Shown here piece after piece: positions 9,396 through 17,968 of a DNA stretch of 64,000 nucleotides. The notes below the pieces were generated by a model that made no database searches, was not told where the DNA came from, and worked only from the letters and a program-made list of their open reading frames with translations. The position numbers and the translations under genes are program-made. Within the stretch, counting starts at the first letter, position 1. Every line of letters starts with the position of its first letter. Origin of the DNA: a virus (Duplodnaviria; Caudoviricetes); the IMG/VR virus record IMGVR_UViG_3300045002_000015, positions 1-64,000 of that record. One strand, given 5' to 3'.

Positions 9396-9781
9396 CAACG
9401 GTTGCGCGGCCGCGGCTTCGCCTGTTTCGCGATATCGATCGCCTTCTGCACGGTTTGCAGCGCGATCTCCATCGTGAACGGCTTGGTCACCAGCGGCCAG
9501 TGGACGCAGTCCTCGCGCGCCGCCGTCGGATACCCGGAGCAAAGCGCCACGGCGAGATGATCGTCGGCGGCCTGCGCCCGGTACGCCAGATCGACGCCGG
9601 CCGTGGGCCTGCCATCAACCCGCACATCGGCGAACAGCACATCAATGGAATGCGCCGCGAGCACGGCCTCCGCCTCGGCGATCGTCTGCGCGGTGTAGAC
9701 GGTGAAACCCTGCCCCAGGAACAATTCCTGTTGCAGCCGCAGGATCGCCGGCTCGTCCTCGACGATCAGGATCGCGGTCAT
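9395..9781 (-). CDS. Single-domain response regulator (CheY-like receiver)
   Basis: ILIVEDE acidic pocket, VLFADV phospho-acceptor, CSGY, TKPF. Confidence 0.85.
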   Translation of the reverse strand: MTAILIVEDEPAILRLQQELFLGQGFTVYTAQTIAEAEAVLAAHSIDVLFADVRVDGRPTAGVDLAYRAQAADDHLAVALCSGYPTAAREDCVHWPLVTKPFTMEIALQTVQKAIDIAKQAKPRPRNR

Positions 9782-10221
9782 TGTGGTTTCCCTTCGATGA
9801 CCCGCTTGATGAAGTCCGAAATCACCGGACCTAGCACCGCCCAGAGCACGCCGCCTACCGAAACGATGAACAGGCCATAGGCCACCAGGCGGTCGCGCAG
9901 GTGCTCCAGCTTCTTGACCGAGTCCTTCAGCACCGCGAGGTCGCCGACCTCCTTGCGCACCGAGCCGACATCGTTGACGATCGCCCGGCTCTTGAGGTCG
10001 AGTTCGCGGAACTGCGCGGTCAGCAACTCCAGCCGGCTGGTAATGACCTGATCCAATTGCCGCTGCTCGTGCTTGACCGTGCGCAGTTCATTGGTCAGCC
10101 GCTCTTCCTGGCGGACACGATCCTCCTTGACCTCCTTCAGCGTATCGGCGAGACCCCGGACCGTGCCGAGAATTTCGCCGATCTGCTGACGCAACTGACC
10201 GGCGCCACTCTCCTCGGGCAT
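9778..10221 (-). CDS. Coiled-coil protein with C-terminal TM helix (holin-like / XhlA-like architecture)
   Basis: Long heptad-rich region then LVAYGLFIVSVGGVLWAVLGPVI. Confidence 0.65.
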   Translation of the reverse strand: MPEESGAGQLRQQIGEILGTVRGLADTLKEVKEDRVRQEERLTNELRTVKHEQRQLDQVITSRLELLTAQFRELDLKSRAIVNDVGSVRKEVGDLAVLKDSVKKLEHLRDRLVAYGLFIVSVGGVLWAVLGPVISDFIKRVIEGKPQ

Positions 10222-10225
10222 CGCG

Positions 10226-10831
10226 CTACCTTGCCAGCCGCAGCACCGACCACCATGCGACGAGGCCCATCAGCAGCCCGGAAAAGGCGAACAGCGTATC
10301 GGGATTGGCAATCAGCGTGGTGCCCGACATCAGGCACCAGAAAAAGCCGGACATCGCCAATCCGATGCAGCGCGGGATCAGGCTGCCGCGCTTGTCCTGC
10401 CGACTGTAAACCATCGCCAGGCCGAGGATTTTCATCGCGGCAGCGGCCAGGGCGAAGGCTGCCCAGGCCCGTTCATAGCCCGCCAGTCCGATCGCCGAGC
10501 GATAGGGCGCGTTGATACTGGTGAAATGATAGGGCGAGAGCCAGAGCACCGCCGTCGCCCAGAGCGAGGACAGCGATAGCAGTATCTCGATGACGACGAT
10601 ATCGGTCTGGCGCAGCAGATAGAGCGGCGCGCGCGCGATGCGCAGCAATTCATTGAGTTCGGCAATCTGGATCGACATGCGCTCAAGATCATGCGCCATG
10701 CGATCAAGCTCGCGGATCGTGCCGACGCGAAACTCGACAATGCCACGATCGCCGGTCTCGACGCGCGAGCGAAAGTCGGAGTCATCCGGGGTAATAGCGA
10801 CTGGCCGGCGCGGCGGATCGGTCTCGCTCAA
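10226..10831 (-). CDS. Multi-pass membrane protein (about 4 TM)
   Basis: Soluble N-terminus then four hydrophobic segments; TTGA overlap with upstream gene. Confidence 0.65.
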   Translation of the reverse strand: MSETDPPRRPVAITPDDSDFRSRVETGDRGIVEFRVGTIRELDRMAHDLERMSIQIAELNELLRIARAPLYLLRQTDIVVIEILLSLSSLWATAVLWLSPYHFTSINAPYRSAIGLAGYERAWAAFALAAAAMKILGLAMVYSRQDKRGSLIPRCIGLAMSGFFWCLMSGTTLIANPDTLFAFSGLLMGLVAWWSVLRLAR

Positions 10832-12723
10832 GCCGCCAGCGTGTAAACGTCAACGTGGTCCTGGTAAGTCGGCACGAATATGCGCCCACCCGAGATCACC
10901 GGCGGCGTGAACTTGGCGAAGGTAAATTGCACGTTCCAATCCTGCGAGCGCCACAGCGGGCGCAGCCGCCGCGTGCCATCGGGCCGGATATCGAAATGCT
11001 CTGGATCGTAGACCACGAGAAAACCGCCGGTGACTTCCTTGTTTGCGTTACCATAAGGAAACGTCACCGCCAGCAAGCCGGTGCCGGCAACATTGCCATT
11101 GGACGAGACTGTCATCATGCCGCCGGTCATCCCGCCGGGCGGCCGTTTCGCGTTCGGCGAAGCAAACTCGTCCGAGTTGGCCAGATACGAGATCGCCTTG
11201 GTCGCGCGATCGATCCCCCAGGCCCGCACCGGACCGTTCTCGCCGCAGGTGAACACCATCGGGCCATTGACGGGGGACTCGTAATAGACCGGCGTCGAAT
11301 GCTGGTGGTGCGTCTGCTGCGCGTAGTCCACATTCAACTTGGTCAGATCGGTGGGCGCGGGCGAAGCGTCCCAGCCCGGGAAGAAGGTGAACCAGAACGC
11401 CTGTTTGAGGTGCCGGTAGTTCGCCGCGATCGCCTCAGGCGATGCGAAGTCGGCCAGCGCGGTATGGCCCATGGCATCGGGATCGAGCGTATAGACGATG
11501 CCATCCTTGCCGCAACTCAGCAGCAACCCGAGCGAGGGGATCAGCAGCACACCGGCCGAGCCGAGGTCCTGATCGGTCCAGCCATTGCCGCCACCGGCGG
11601 CGTCGGGCGGCACCGGGCGCCGTCCTGGTCGATCGGGTATCGAGTCGATCGGCCCGTCGCCGTCCGGCTCGCGCAGCATCATCTGCGCCGGCCGTGGACG
11701 CTCCGCGGCGATGCTGACGGTATCGGCCGGCATGCCGGCGCGCAGTGCATCGGTGAACGGCGCGAAATTGCCGGCCACGCTGAAGCTGTTGCCGTTCAGG
11801 CTGAGCTTGACGATCGACTCCGAGAACTCGGTCGCACCATCGAACGAGCCGTTGCCGGTCGCCAGATAGATGTTGCCGGCATCGTCGGCGGCCGGCCCAC
11901 CGCCGGCCAGCCAGATGCCACCGCCATGGTAGCGCGGCGTGTCATTCCACGCCGCCTGCACCTGGAAAGGGCTGACGGAGAGCGCGAGGACCCAGCCGTG
12001 GTTGGTTGGCGCGCTCTCCGCGCCTGCCGCGAAACAGACGACGACGGCTTTCCGGGAAAGAAGAAGCGCGGTGCGCTGCTTGCGGTAGATCGTCCCGAGC
12101 GTCTGCTGCGGTATGCCATGGCCGGCATCGAATGTCACATCGGTCAGATCGACCGGCGCCGCGGCGGGCGAGCCGTCGCCGGCGTTGAAGGCGTGCGCAT
12201 AATAGCGCGCGTTGGCAACCGAGCGATCGGGCGACGACCAGGCGACGCAATAGCCGATCATGGTGTTGGGATCGATGACCGGCGTGCCGAGGATGCCCCA
12301 GTTGTCATTGATCGCGAACATGTCGAGGCCGGCCGTGCCCTTGACCGGAATGCCGAGCTTCTTCGCCCAGACCACCTCTCCGGTCTCGGCATTGAAGGCC
12401 CATAGCCCGTCCGACATCGACGCCTGGATCGCGAGATTGAGCCGAAACCCGGTGGGGGTCATCACATTGGGGACGATCAGCACCGAGGCTTCGCAGCCGC
12501 GCGCATCGCCCTCCATTTGCAGCGTATAGGCGCGGCGGATGCCGTGCAGGCGCACAGCGTCCTGGGTCAGCGTCGTCTCGGCGCGGTTCCAGCCGGAGCG
12601 CGCGCTGTCGTAGCCGCGCGTCAGGACCGCCGCAAAGCCGGGCGATGCTGTCGGCTGGGCATCGGCACCCGTCAGCGCGAAACAGCCGCCAGCGCCAAGC
12701 ACGGCCCGCCGGGTGAGCCTCAA
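10828..12723 (-). CDS. Tat-exported PQQ-like beta-propeller protein
   Basis: MRLTRRAVLG twin-arginine signal; VLTRGYDSARSGWNRAETTLT, DQDLGSAGVLLIP, CGKDGIVYTLD, FAKFTPPVISGGRIFVPT. Confidence 0.75.
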   Translation of the reverse strand: MRLTRRAVLGAGGCFALTGADAQPTASPGFAAVLTRGYDSARSGWNRAETTLTQDAVRLHGIRRAYTLQMEGDARGCEASVLIVPNVMTPTGFRLNLAIQASMSDGLWAFNAETGEVVWAKKLGIPVKGTAGLDMFAINDNWGILGTPVIDPNTMIGYCVAWSSPDRSVANARYYAHAFNAGDGSPAAAPVDLTDVTFDAGHGIPQQTLGTIYRKQRTALLLSRKAVVVCFAAGAESAPTNHGWVLALSVSPFQVQAAWNDTPRYHGGGIWLAGGGPAADDAGNIYLATGNGSFDGATEFSESIVKLSLNGNSFSVAGNFAPFTDALRAGMPADTVSIAAERPRPAQMMLREPDGDGPIDSIPDRPGRRPVPPDAAGGGNGWTDQDLGSAGVLLIPSLGLLLSCGKDGIVYTLDPDAMGHTALADFASPEAIAANYRHLKQAFWFTFFPGWDASPAPTDLTKLNVDYAQQTHHQHSTPVYYESPVNGPMVFTCGENGPVRAWGIDRATKAISYLANSDEFASPNAKRPPGGMTGGMMTVSSNGNVAGTGLLAVTFPYGNANKEVTGGFLVVYDPEHFDIRPDGTRRLRPLWRSQDWNVQFTFAKFTPPVISGGRIFVPTYQDHVDVYTLAA

Positions 12724-14489
12724 ATGCCGAACTCGGACGGATGCAGCTCAACCGGCGCCATGTAGGTCACGCTGCAAATGAACGGCGTGCGCTGCCCCGC
12801 CCCGAATCCGGTGCCGGCGGCAATGATGATGTGCCAGCCGCGTGCGACGGTGTCGCCATAAACGCGATTGGCGTGGCCGTGCAAAAGCTGGCTGGCGTCG
12901 GGACCCAATATTTGCATCTGCACGCCGAACGTGGCCGGCTCGCCGGCGGCATCCAGCATGCGCACCGAGATCGGCGTGTGCGCCTCGCACCACACCCGGC
13001 CCACCCGCATCGGCTGCGCGGTCAACGGCGCGATATCCAGATCGTCGGCGCCGAAGAACGCCTGCGTCGTGTAGCGCGCCTGCGCCTTGATGACCGGACT
13101 GCCCTGATAACCGGCCGGCGCCCAACAGCCATAGCCCAGCCCGTTGGCCGCCGGCGGCACGCCGGTTGTCACCTGCCCCCAGGCATTCGTCCAGCAGTCC
13201 TGCTCGTTGTTGCCGGTATAATCATGCAGCCGCAGATTCGGCCCGAACGCGGTCTGCACCGTCGCCGTCTTCCAGCCCGGATTGAAGACGTCGTTATTCA
13301 GCGTCACCAGCAGACCGGGATGCCCGGTGCGTTCGAAGACGTAGACATGCGGGTCGCTGCGCAGACGCGGGATGGTCCCGCCGCCGGAAAAGTGGTGCGC
13401 GATCCAGCAGAGGTTGTTGATGCGTTCGTGCAGCCCGTAACAATTCGGCTGCGACGACCAATCGCGGTAGTAAATCTGCGGCAGGCCCTCGCCAGAAAGC
13501 AGCAGCGCGTAGCCCTGGATTTTATTGAAGACTACAGTGGCGAAGCCGTTCGTGTCGCTGTCGAGGCTTTCGACGAACGGCACCGCATGCATCGGATCGA
13601 CGGCGATCAGTCCGCGCCCGGCGAGATTGCCCATGAAGAAGGCCCCGCCGTTGTTACACATGGGCATGACCATGTTGTAATGAAAATCGAAATCGGCGGC
13701 GGACATGAGGCGATCGATAGATTGCAGCCAGTTCTCCAAACCTTCGCCACCGAACCAGGACCAGGTGCCGCCGGAAGCGAACTCGCCGAAGAACCATTTG
13801 CCCGCCATCCCTGGCGAGCGGACGAAGCGCTTGACGAACTCAACCGCCAGCCCCTTAGTGTCATCGATGCGCGCGCCGTCGAAATGCACGGTGCGGAACA
13901 GCCAGTCGGCGGCCTCGATCAGGCCGGTCGCCACATAATCCGGTGGTTGGGCGTTGATCGGACATAACTCGTCGCCGAAACTGAAATCGTCCTGCGGCGC
14001 CGGTACCGGGTCCTCGGAGACACGCGGCGGGGCGCCGCGGAAACACGGCGGGTCCTTCGGAAAACGGCCCGCCGTCGGCCCACCCGATGCGCTGTAGCGG
14101 TAGACGCCGTTGTGGCCGCCCATCCGCTGGTGCATCACGTGGTCGGCCAGCACGTTCATGCCGTTGGCATGCACGATCGCCGCCGCGCGGCGAAGCTGGT
14201 CGGCATAGCCGAACCGGGTCGGAATGCCGCCGAACTGCGCCGTGTCCTTCGATCCGATATCGTAGTCGTCGAACACGCCATAGCCGTCGGCGCCCGGATA
14301 AGGCCCGGCATTGGTCTTCAACGACGGCGGAAACAACACGTCGGTGATGCCCCACGCGGCCCAATGCTGCGCCAGCGCGGCGATCTGGTCATAGAACCAT
14401 GGGATGCTCTTGTCGCCATCGAACGGCGACGGCACCGAGACATTCGGCGCCTGGCGGTAGTTCGCCCACATCATGATCCTAGGCGCCAA
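12720..14489 (-). CDS. GH13 alpha-amylase-family glycoside hydrolase
   Basis: GYGVFDDYDIGSK, TRFG, region II DGARIDDTKG, region III GEF, region IV FVESLDSD; ATG 14474 is an alternative start. Confidence 0.85.
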   Translation of the reverse strand: MAPRIMMWANYRQAPNVSVPSPFDGDKSIPWFYDQIAALAQHWAAWGITDVLFPPSLKTNAGPYPGADGYGVFDDYDIGSKDTAQFGGIPTRFGYADQLRRAAAIVHANGMNVLADHVMHQRMGGHNGVYRYSASGGPTAGRFPKDPPCFRGAPPRVSEDPVPAPQDDFSFGDELCPINAQPPDYVATGLIEAADWLFRTVHFDGARIDDTKGLAVEFVKRFVRSPGMAGKWFFGEFASGGTWSWFGGEGLENWLQSIDRLMSAADFDFHYNMVMPMCNNGGAFFMGNLAGRGLIAVDPMHAVPFVESLDSDTNGFATVVFNKIQGYALLLSGEGLPQIYYRDWSSQPNCYGLHERINNLCWIAHHFSGGGTIPRLRSDPHVYVFERTGHPGLLVTLNNDVFNPGWKTATVQTAFGPNLRLHDYTGNNEQDCWTNAWGQVTTGVPPAANGLGYGCWAPAGYQGSPVIKAQARYTTQAFFGADDLDIAPLTAQPMRVGRVWCEAHTPISVRMLDAAGEPATFGVQMQILGPDASQLLHGHANRVYGDTVARGWHIIIAAGTGFGAGQRTPFICSVTYMAPVELHPSEFGI

Positions 14490-14715
14490 GCGGCACCCGG
14501 TCGACCACCACCCAGCAGCGCTTGGTGTTGTTCAGGCAGCCGGAGAAATACGGCCCCGTTCCCACGTGTATCTTCAAATCGATCCCCGCCAGCGCCGCAT
14601 CGAACAGCGCCTGATTGAGCGCCTTCACATGCCGTTCGACGTTCTCCATCAGGATACGCCGTTCGGTGTGCGCGTGCGAGCGGGAGTGGCCGCCCATGGT
14701 GTTAACGGCGGTCAT
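14479..14715 (-). CDS. Hypothetical phage protein
   Basis: ATGA overlap with upstream ORF; VERHVKALNQALFDAALAGIDLKIHV. Confidence 0.5.
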   Translation of the reverse strand: MTAVNTMGGHSRSHAHTERRILMENVERHVKALNQALFDAALAGIDLKIHVGTGPYFSGCLNNTKRCWVVVDRVPLGA

Positions 14716-14942
14716 CCGGCCGGCAGCTTCCGCTCGGCCGGCTCGGCGTTGACCACGCGCGCGGCCGCGGCGCTGTCCCACAGTCGCCCCTCAGTCCCGC
14801 ACGGCCCGTCCCATTCGCGCATCCGTTCGGCGGAGCGCAGCACCAGGGTGCCGTCGATCAGGCTCACGGCAACATTCGGGTGGCCGCATTTGCCGCCGTT
14901 CTGGTCGCGGAAATGCCCGCAGTCGCGGCATAAGGGCGCCAT
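14712..14942 (-). CDS. Small Cys-rich phage protein
   Basis: RBS GGAGG; CRDCGHF, KCGHP, GPCGTEGRLW. Confidence 0.55.
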   Translation of the reverse strand: MAPLCRDCGHFRDQNGGKCGHPNVAVSLIDGTLVLRSAERMREWDGPCGTEGRLWDSAAAARVVNAEPAERKLPAG

Positions 14943-14969
14943 GGCGTTTCCTCCGTTGTTGCTGGAACC

Positions 14970-15022
14970 GGCCGCCGGATGCGCATCGGGAGGAAGAGGG
15001 AGGGATGAGACATCCGGCGGCC
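14970..15022 (-). other. Stem-loop with 12-bp perfect stem and pyrimidine-rich loop on the minus strand
   Basis: GGCCGCCGGATG at 14970-14981 and CATCCGGCGGCC at 15011-15022. Confidence 0.7.
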
Positions 15023-15098
15023 AGCCATCGGCATAGAGGCTCCGGCCTTCGCCACGGGGAAGGAGCGCCGCTGTGGAGCCTTGCTGTGCCGATCTGGT

Positions 15099-15284
15099 TT
15101 ACATGGTGCGCGGGCGCGGCAGCGGCGCGCGGCACTTCGGGCAGATCACCCGCCGCGCGAGGCTTTCCTCGATCTCGGATGCCGCACACTCGCTGACGTG
15201 GGAAAAGCCGCAGGTGCAGACCCAGAGGAAGCGCGCCTTTGGCTCCATCTGGCCCCCCCACGCATAGTCCTCGTCGAGCATCAC
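15099..15284 (-). CDS. Small Zn-ribbon protein
   Basis: CTCG and CPKC; start overlaps portal stop. Confidence 0.5.
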   Translation of the reverse strand: MMLDEDYAWGGQMEPKARFLWVCTCGFSHVSECAASEIEESLARRVICPKCRAPLPRPRTM

Positions 15285-17377
15285 TCGGTGCGCTCCTGGT
15301 GATTGGGCGCTTCGGTCTGGAGCACGTAGGGAAAGCCGGCCAGCCAGCGCTTGAACGCCGGGATGCTCATGGTCTCGACGCCGCCCATGCGGGTGATCCC
15401 GCTCTGGTCCGGCCAGGCGTTGATATAGGCGTTCACCGCCTCCTGCTGGGAGCCGAAATCCAGCATCACCTTGTGCTCGTCGAACCCGCCGTCGGGTTTC
15501 TGCTGACGGATGATATAGACCTCTTCGGCATCAGGGTTATCGCCGATGTAGCAGTCCATCTGCTCGGCGCCGCCCTCGGCGGAGCCGGTGCGCGAAATAT
15601 AGCCGTAATGCGCCGGGATCGGCACGCCCTCGCTGAAGCGCCGCTGGCCGCGCTCGTATTCCAGCACGATATTCAGCCCATGCCGATTGATCAGCGAAAG
15701 CTGGTCATTGGTCAGGATGGCTTTCACCTGCGCCGCCTTGCCGCGGTGGCCGAATAGTGCCGCCACCTGCTCGCCCTTGCCGTTCCGCCCGGCACCATTG
15801 AGCGGCATCGGCGCCGCCGTGGCGGCCGCGTTGCCGCGCAGCAATTCGATGACTTGGCGGTTCAGCGGCCGGATCGGTCGCCGCCGCATGGGCAGATCGG
15901 CATCGTCCTCTCGCTCGGGTCGCTCCGGCTCTCTCTCTGGAGCATGCGGCGGCGGGACACGTGCAGCCTCGATTCCCGGCGCCTCTCCGGGTTCCGCCAT
16001 CGGATCGGGCGGATTATCCTCGGCCTGTTCAATCTCCTCGTCCGTAATGTTCGACCAGACGGCCGTCCATTTGGACTGTTCCTTTAATTCCTGCAACACG
16101 GTCTTACGCCCCACCATGCCGGCCTCGTACGCCTGAAGCGCGGCCTGGGTGATGGTGGAGGCGACCGAGGCTTTCTGGTCCTCGGCCAATTGCCAGAGCG
16201 GGCGGAAGGAAAAACCAAACCCCTCGGGCAATGGCTCGCCGAACTCGCTGCGGTGCAGCGCCTCGAACAGCGCGGTCACCGGGCCGCGCAGCTTGGCCTC
16301 CTGCTGACTGTTGATCATGTCATAATAGTTGCGAATGTCACTATCGCCGGTCGCGTTCAGACCGGCCGGGCTTTGGCCGAACAGCCGCACCAGCGGTATC
16401 TGCGCCGCGCCGGAAAGCTGTTGGCCGAATTGCACCAGCACTTCGGAAAGACCGCCGAAATTGTACTGGTATGCCTCGAACTTGTCGGTGGTATCCATGA
16501 TGGTCATGCCCTCATTCTGCTGCATCAGCCGAATGAGACCCATCTGTTCCAGAAACGCCTGGTACGCCTTGCCGCCGCCGGAGATCAGATCGCGCAGGCC
16601 CTCGACGGCGTAAGTGCGCAGGTGCGCCTTGAACACCAGTTGCGCCGCGCCCATCGTGGTGCTGTCGAATGCGAACATGCGATCGAGCATCGGCTCGATG
16701 ACCGACAGCCCCCAGAGATTTTCGGCGATCTTCTGCCAATAGGGTAGATCGACGCCCTCGAAACGCAGGCAGCGGGAGTGGTGCACGCGCATGCTCGGCA
16801 CCGAGTGCGCATCGGAAACCACGTCGTAGTAACGCGGCAGGCCGAACGCCGGGCCGAGATCGCGGACCGTGTCCTCCAGCGAGGGATTGACCATCCAGCG
16901 GTCGAGCACCATCAGGCCCTGGAAGCGCCCGCGCCCGATCGCCTCGTAACGCAGCGGCTCGCTCGGATTGTGGCCGTCGATCATCAGCACGCCGATCGCG
17001 CCACCATAGAGCCGCGCCCACTTGATGACGCCCTGCAAGCGCTGCCAAAGCTGCAACTCGATCCACTTCTCCATGAGCCGGGCCTCGTCCTCCGGCGTCA
17101 TGTCGGTGGTGAGCATCACGCCAGCGCGTGTCATGTCCTCAGCCACCGAGTCGACGATCGCGCGCACCAGCCATGAGCCGCGATATGCCATTTCGAGCTG
17201 GTTATGACTGCGGCTGATCGGCGAGATTTGGTAGGACGAGCCAGCGAGGAGGTTACGCGCCCCGTAACCCAGATTGGCGGCGAAGTTGACCAGCGAGTCG
17301 GTGACAAACCGGCGCGGCGCCGACGAGCCGGCGGGCACGCGGATACGCGGCTTATCGCTGCTGCTCGAACCGCTCAA
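15281..17377 (-). CDS. Portal protein (DUF1073 family) with C-terminal inorganic-pyrophosphatase-like (InPase) domain
   Basis: YRGSWLVRAIVDSVAEDMTR, WARLYGGA, HHSRCLRFEG, IPLVRLFGQSPAGLNATGDSDIRNYYD; C-terminal HYGYISRT..QMDCYIG..FDEHKVMLDF..AVNAY..MSIPAFKRWL. Confidence 0.9.
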   Translation of the reverse strand: MSGSSSSDKPRIRVPAGSSAPRRFVTDSLVNFAANLGYGARNLLAGSSYQISPISRSHNQLEMAYRGSWLVRAIVDSVAEDMTRAGVMLTTDMTPEDEARLMEKWIELQLWQRLQGVIKWARLYGGAIGVLMIDGHNPSEPLRYEAIGRGRFQGLMVLDRWMVNPSLEDTVRDLGPAFGLPRYYDVVSDAHSVPSMRVHHSRCLRFEGVDLPYWQKIAENLWGLSVIEPMLDRMFAFDSTTMGAAQLVFKAHLRTYAVEGLRDLISGGGKAYQAFLEQMGLIRLMQQNEGMTIMDTTDKFEAYQYNFGGLSEVLVQFGQQLSGAAQIPLVRLFGQSPAGLNATGDSDIRNYYDMINSQQEAKLRGPVTALFEALHRSEFGEPLPEGFGFSFRPLWQLAEDQKASVASTITQAALQAYEAGMVGRKTVLQELKEQSKWTAVWSNITDEEIEQAEDNPPDPMAEPGEAPGIEAARVPPPHAPEREPERPEREDDADLPMRRRPIRPLNRQVIELLRGNAAATAAPMPLNGAGRNGKGEQVAALFGHRGKAAQVKAILTNDQLSLINRHGLNIVLEYERGQRRFSEGVPIPAHYGYISRTGSAEGGAEQMDCYIGDNPDAEEVYIIRQQKPDGGFDEHKVMLDFGSQQEAVNAYINAWPDQSGITRMGGVETMSIPAFKRWLAGFPYVLQTEAPNHQERTE

Positions 17378-17676
17378 CGCTCTTTAATCCGCGAGACGTC
17401 GTCCGAGAGGGAACCGGCGCTGAGAGTTACGGCGATCGAGCCGGGCACCAAGACGACGCTATCGCCTTCTTCAAGCCGCCGGTCGGATATGGTGGCGTCG
17501 CGGACCTGAACAGAGCCGAACATCATCCGCCAAGCGTCACCGGAGGCTATGATGGCAGCCACAATCGTCTCAGTATTGACGAACGTGTCCCTGGGAACCA
17601 GACGCCACAACGACCCGGTGAGGTCAGGGCTGACGGCGAGCACCCTTTTGTCCCTGTCCAGGATACGAACGTACAT
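17374..17676 (-). CDS. Hypothetical protein
   Basis: 100-aa ORF whose stop overlaps the portal TTG start. Confidence 0.4.
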   Translation of the reverse strand: MYVRILDRDKRVLAVSPDLTGSLWRLVPRDTFVNTETIVAAIIASGDAWRMMFGSVQVRDATISDRRLEEGDSVVLVPGSIAVTLSAGSLSDDVSRIKER

Positions 17677-17681
17677 GCCGG

Positions 17682-17834
17682 CTATGGATAACGCGGGCGC
17701 TCGGGCGTCGTCAAAGCGCCCGCACCAGCGCCTACCCCGGCGCCGATTAGGCCACCGGTGGCCGCGCGTTCGCCGGCGGTGTTGCCGCATGCGGCCAGCG
17801 TGAGCGTCGCAAGCAAGACAAGCAGGAGTTTCAT
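17682..17834 (-). CDS. Small glycine-zipper lipoprotein (50 aa; not in ORF track)
   Basis: MKLLLVLLATLTLAAC lipobox then GNTAGERAATGGLIGAGVGAGAGALT; RBS GAGAGG. Confidence 0.7.
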   Translation of the reverse strand: MKLLLVLLATLTLAACGNTAGERAATGGLIGAGVGAGAGALTTPERPRYP

Positions 17835-17968
17835 GGCCTCTCAGTCCTTATGCCGGGCAAGCGCGCGAAACAGCGCGGCATGCGCGCCATCCTCGCGCGC
17901 AGGCGCTGCATCCGGCGCCGATGGGGCAGGGGGCCACATCAGCCAGCCGGTGGGCAGGAAAGCGTCGC

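Noticed and set aside
15281-17377. Calling the DUF1073 domain an anti-CBASS Acb1 protein
   Set aside because: Size, motifs and position between TerL and MuF indicate portal; any enzymatic role is attributed only to the separate C-terminal domain
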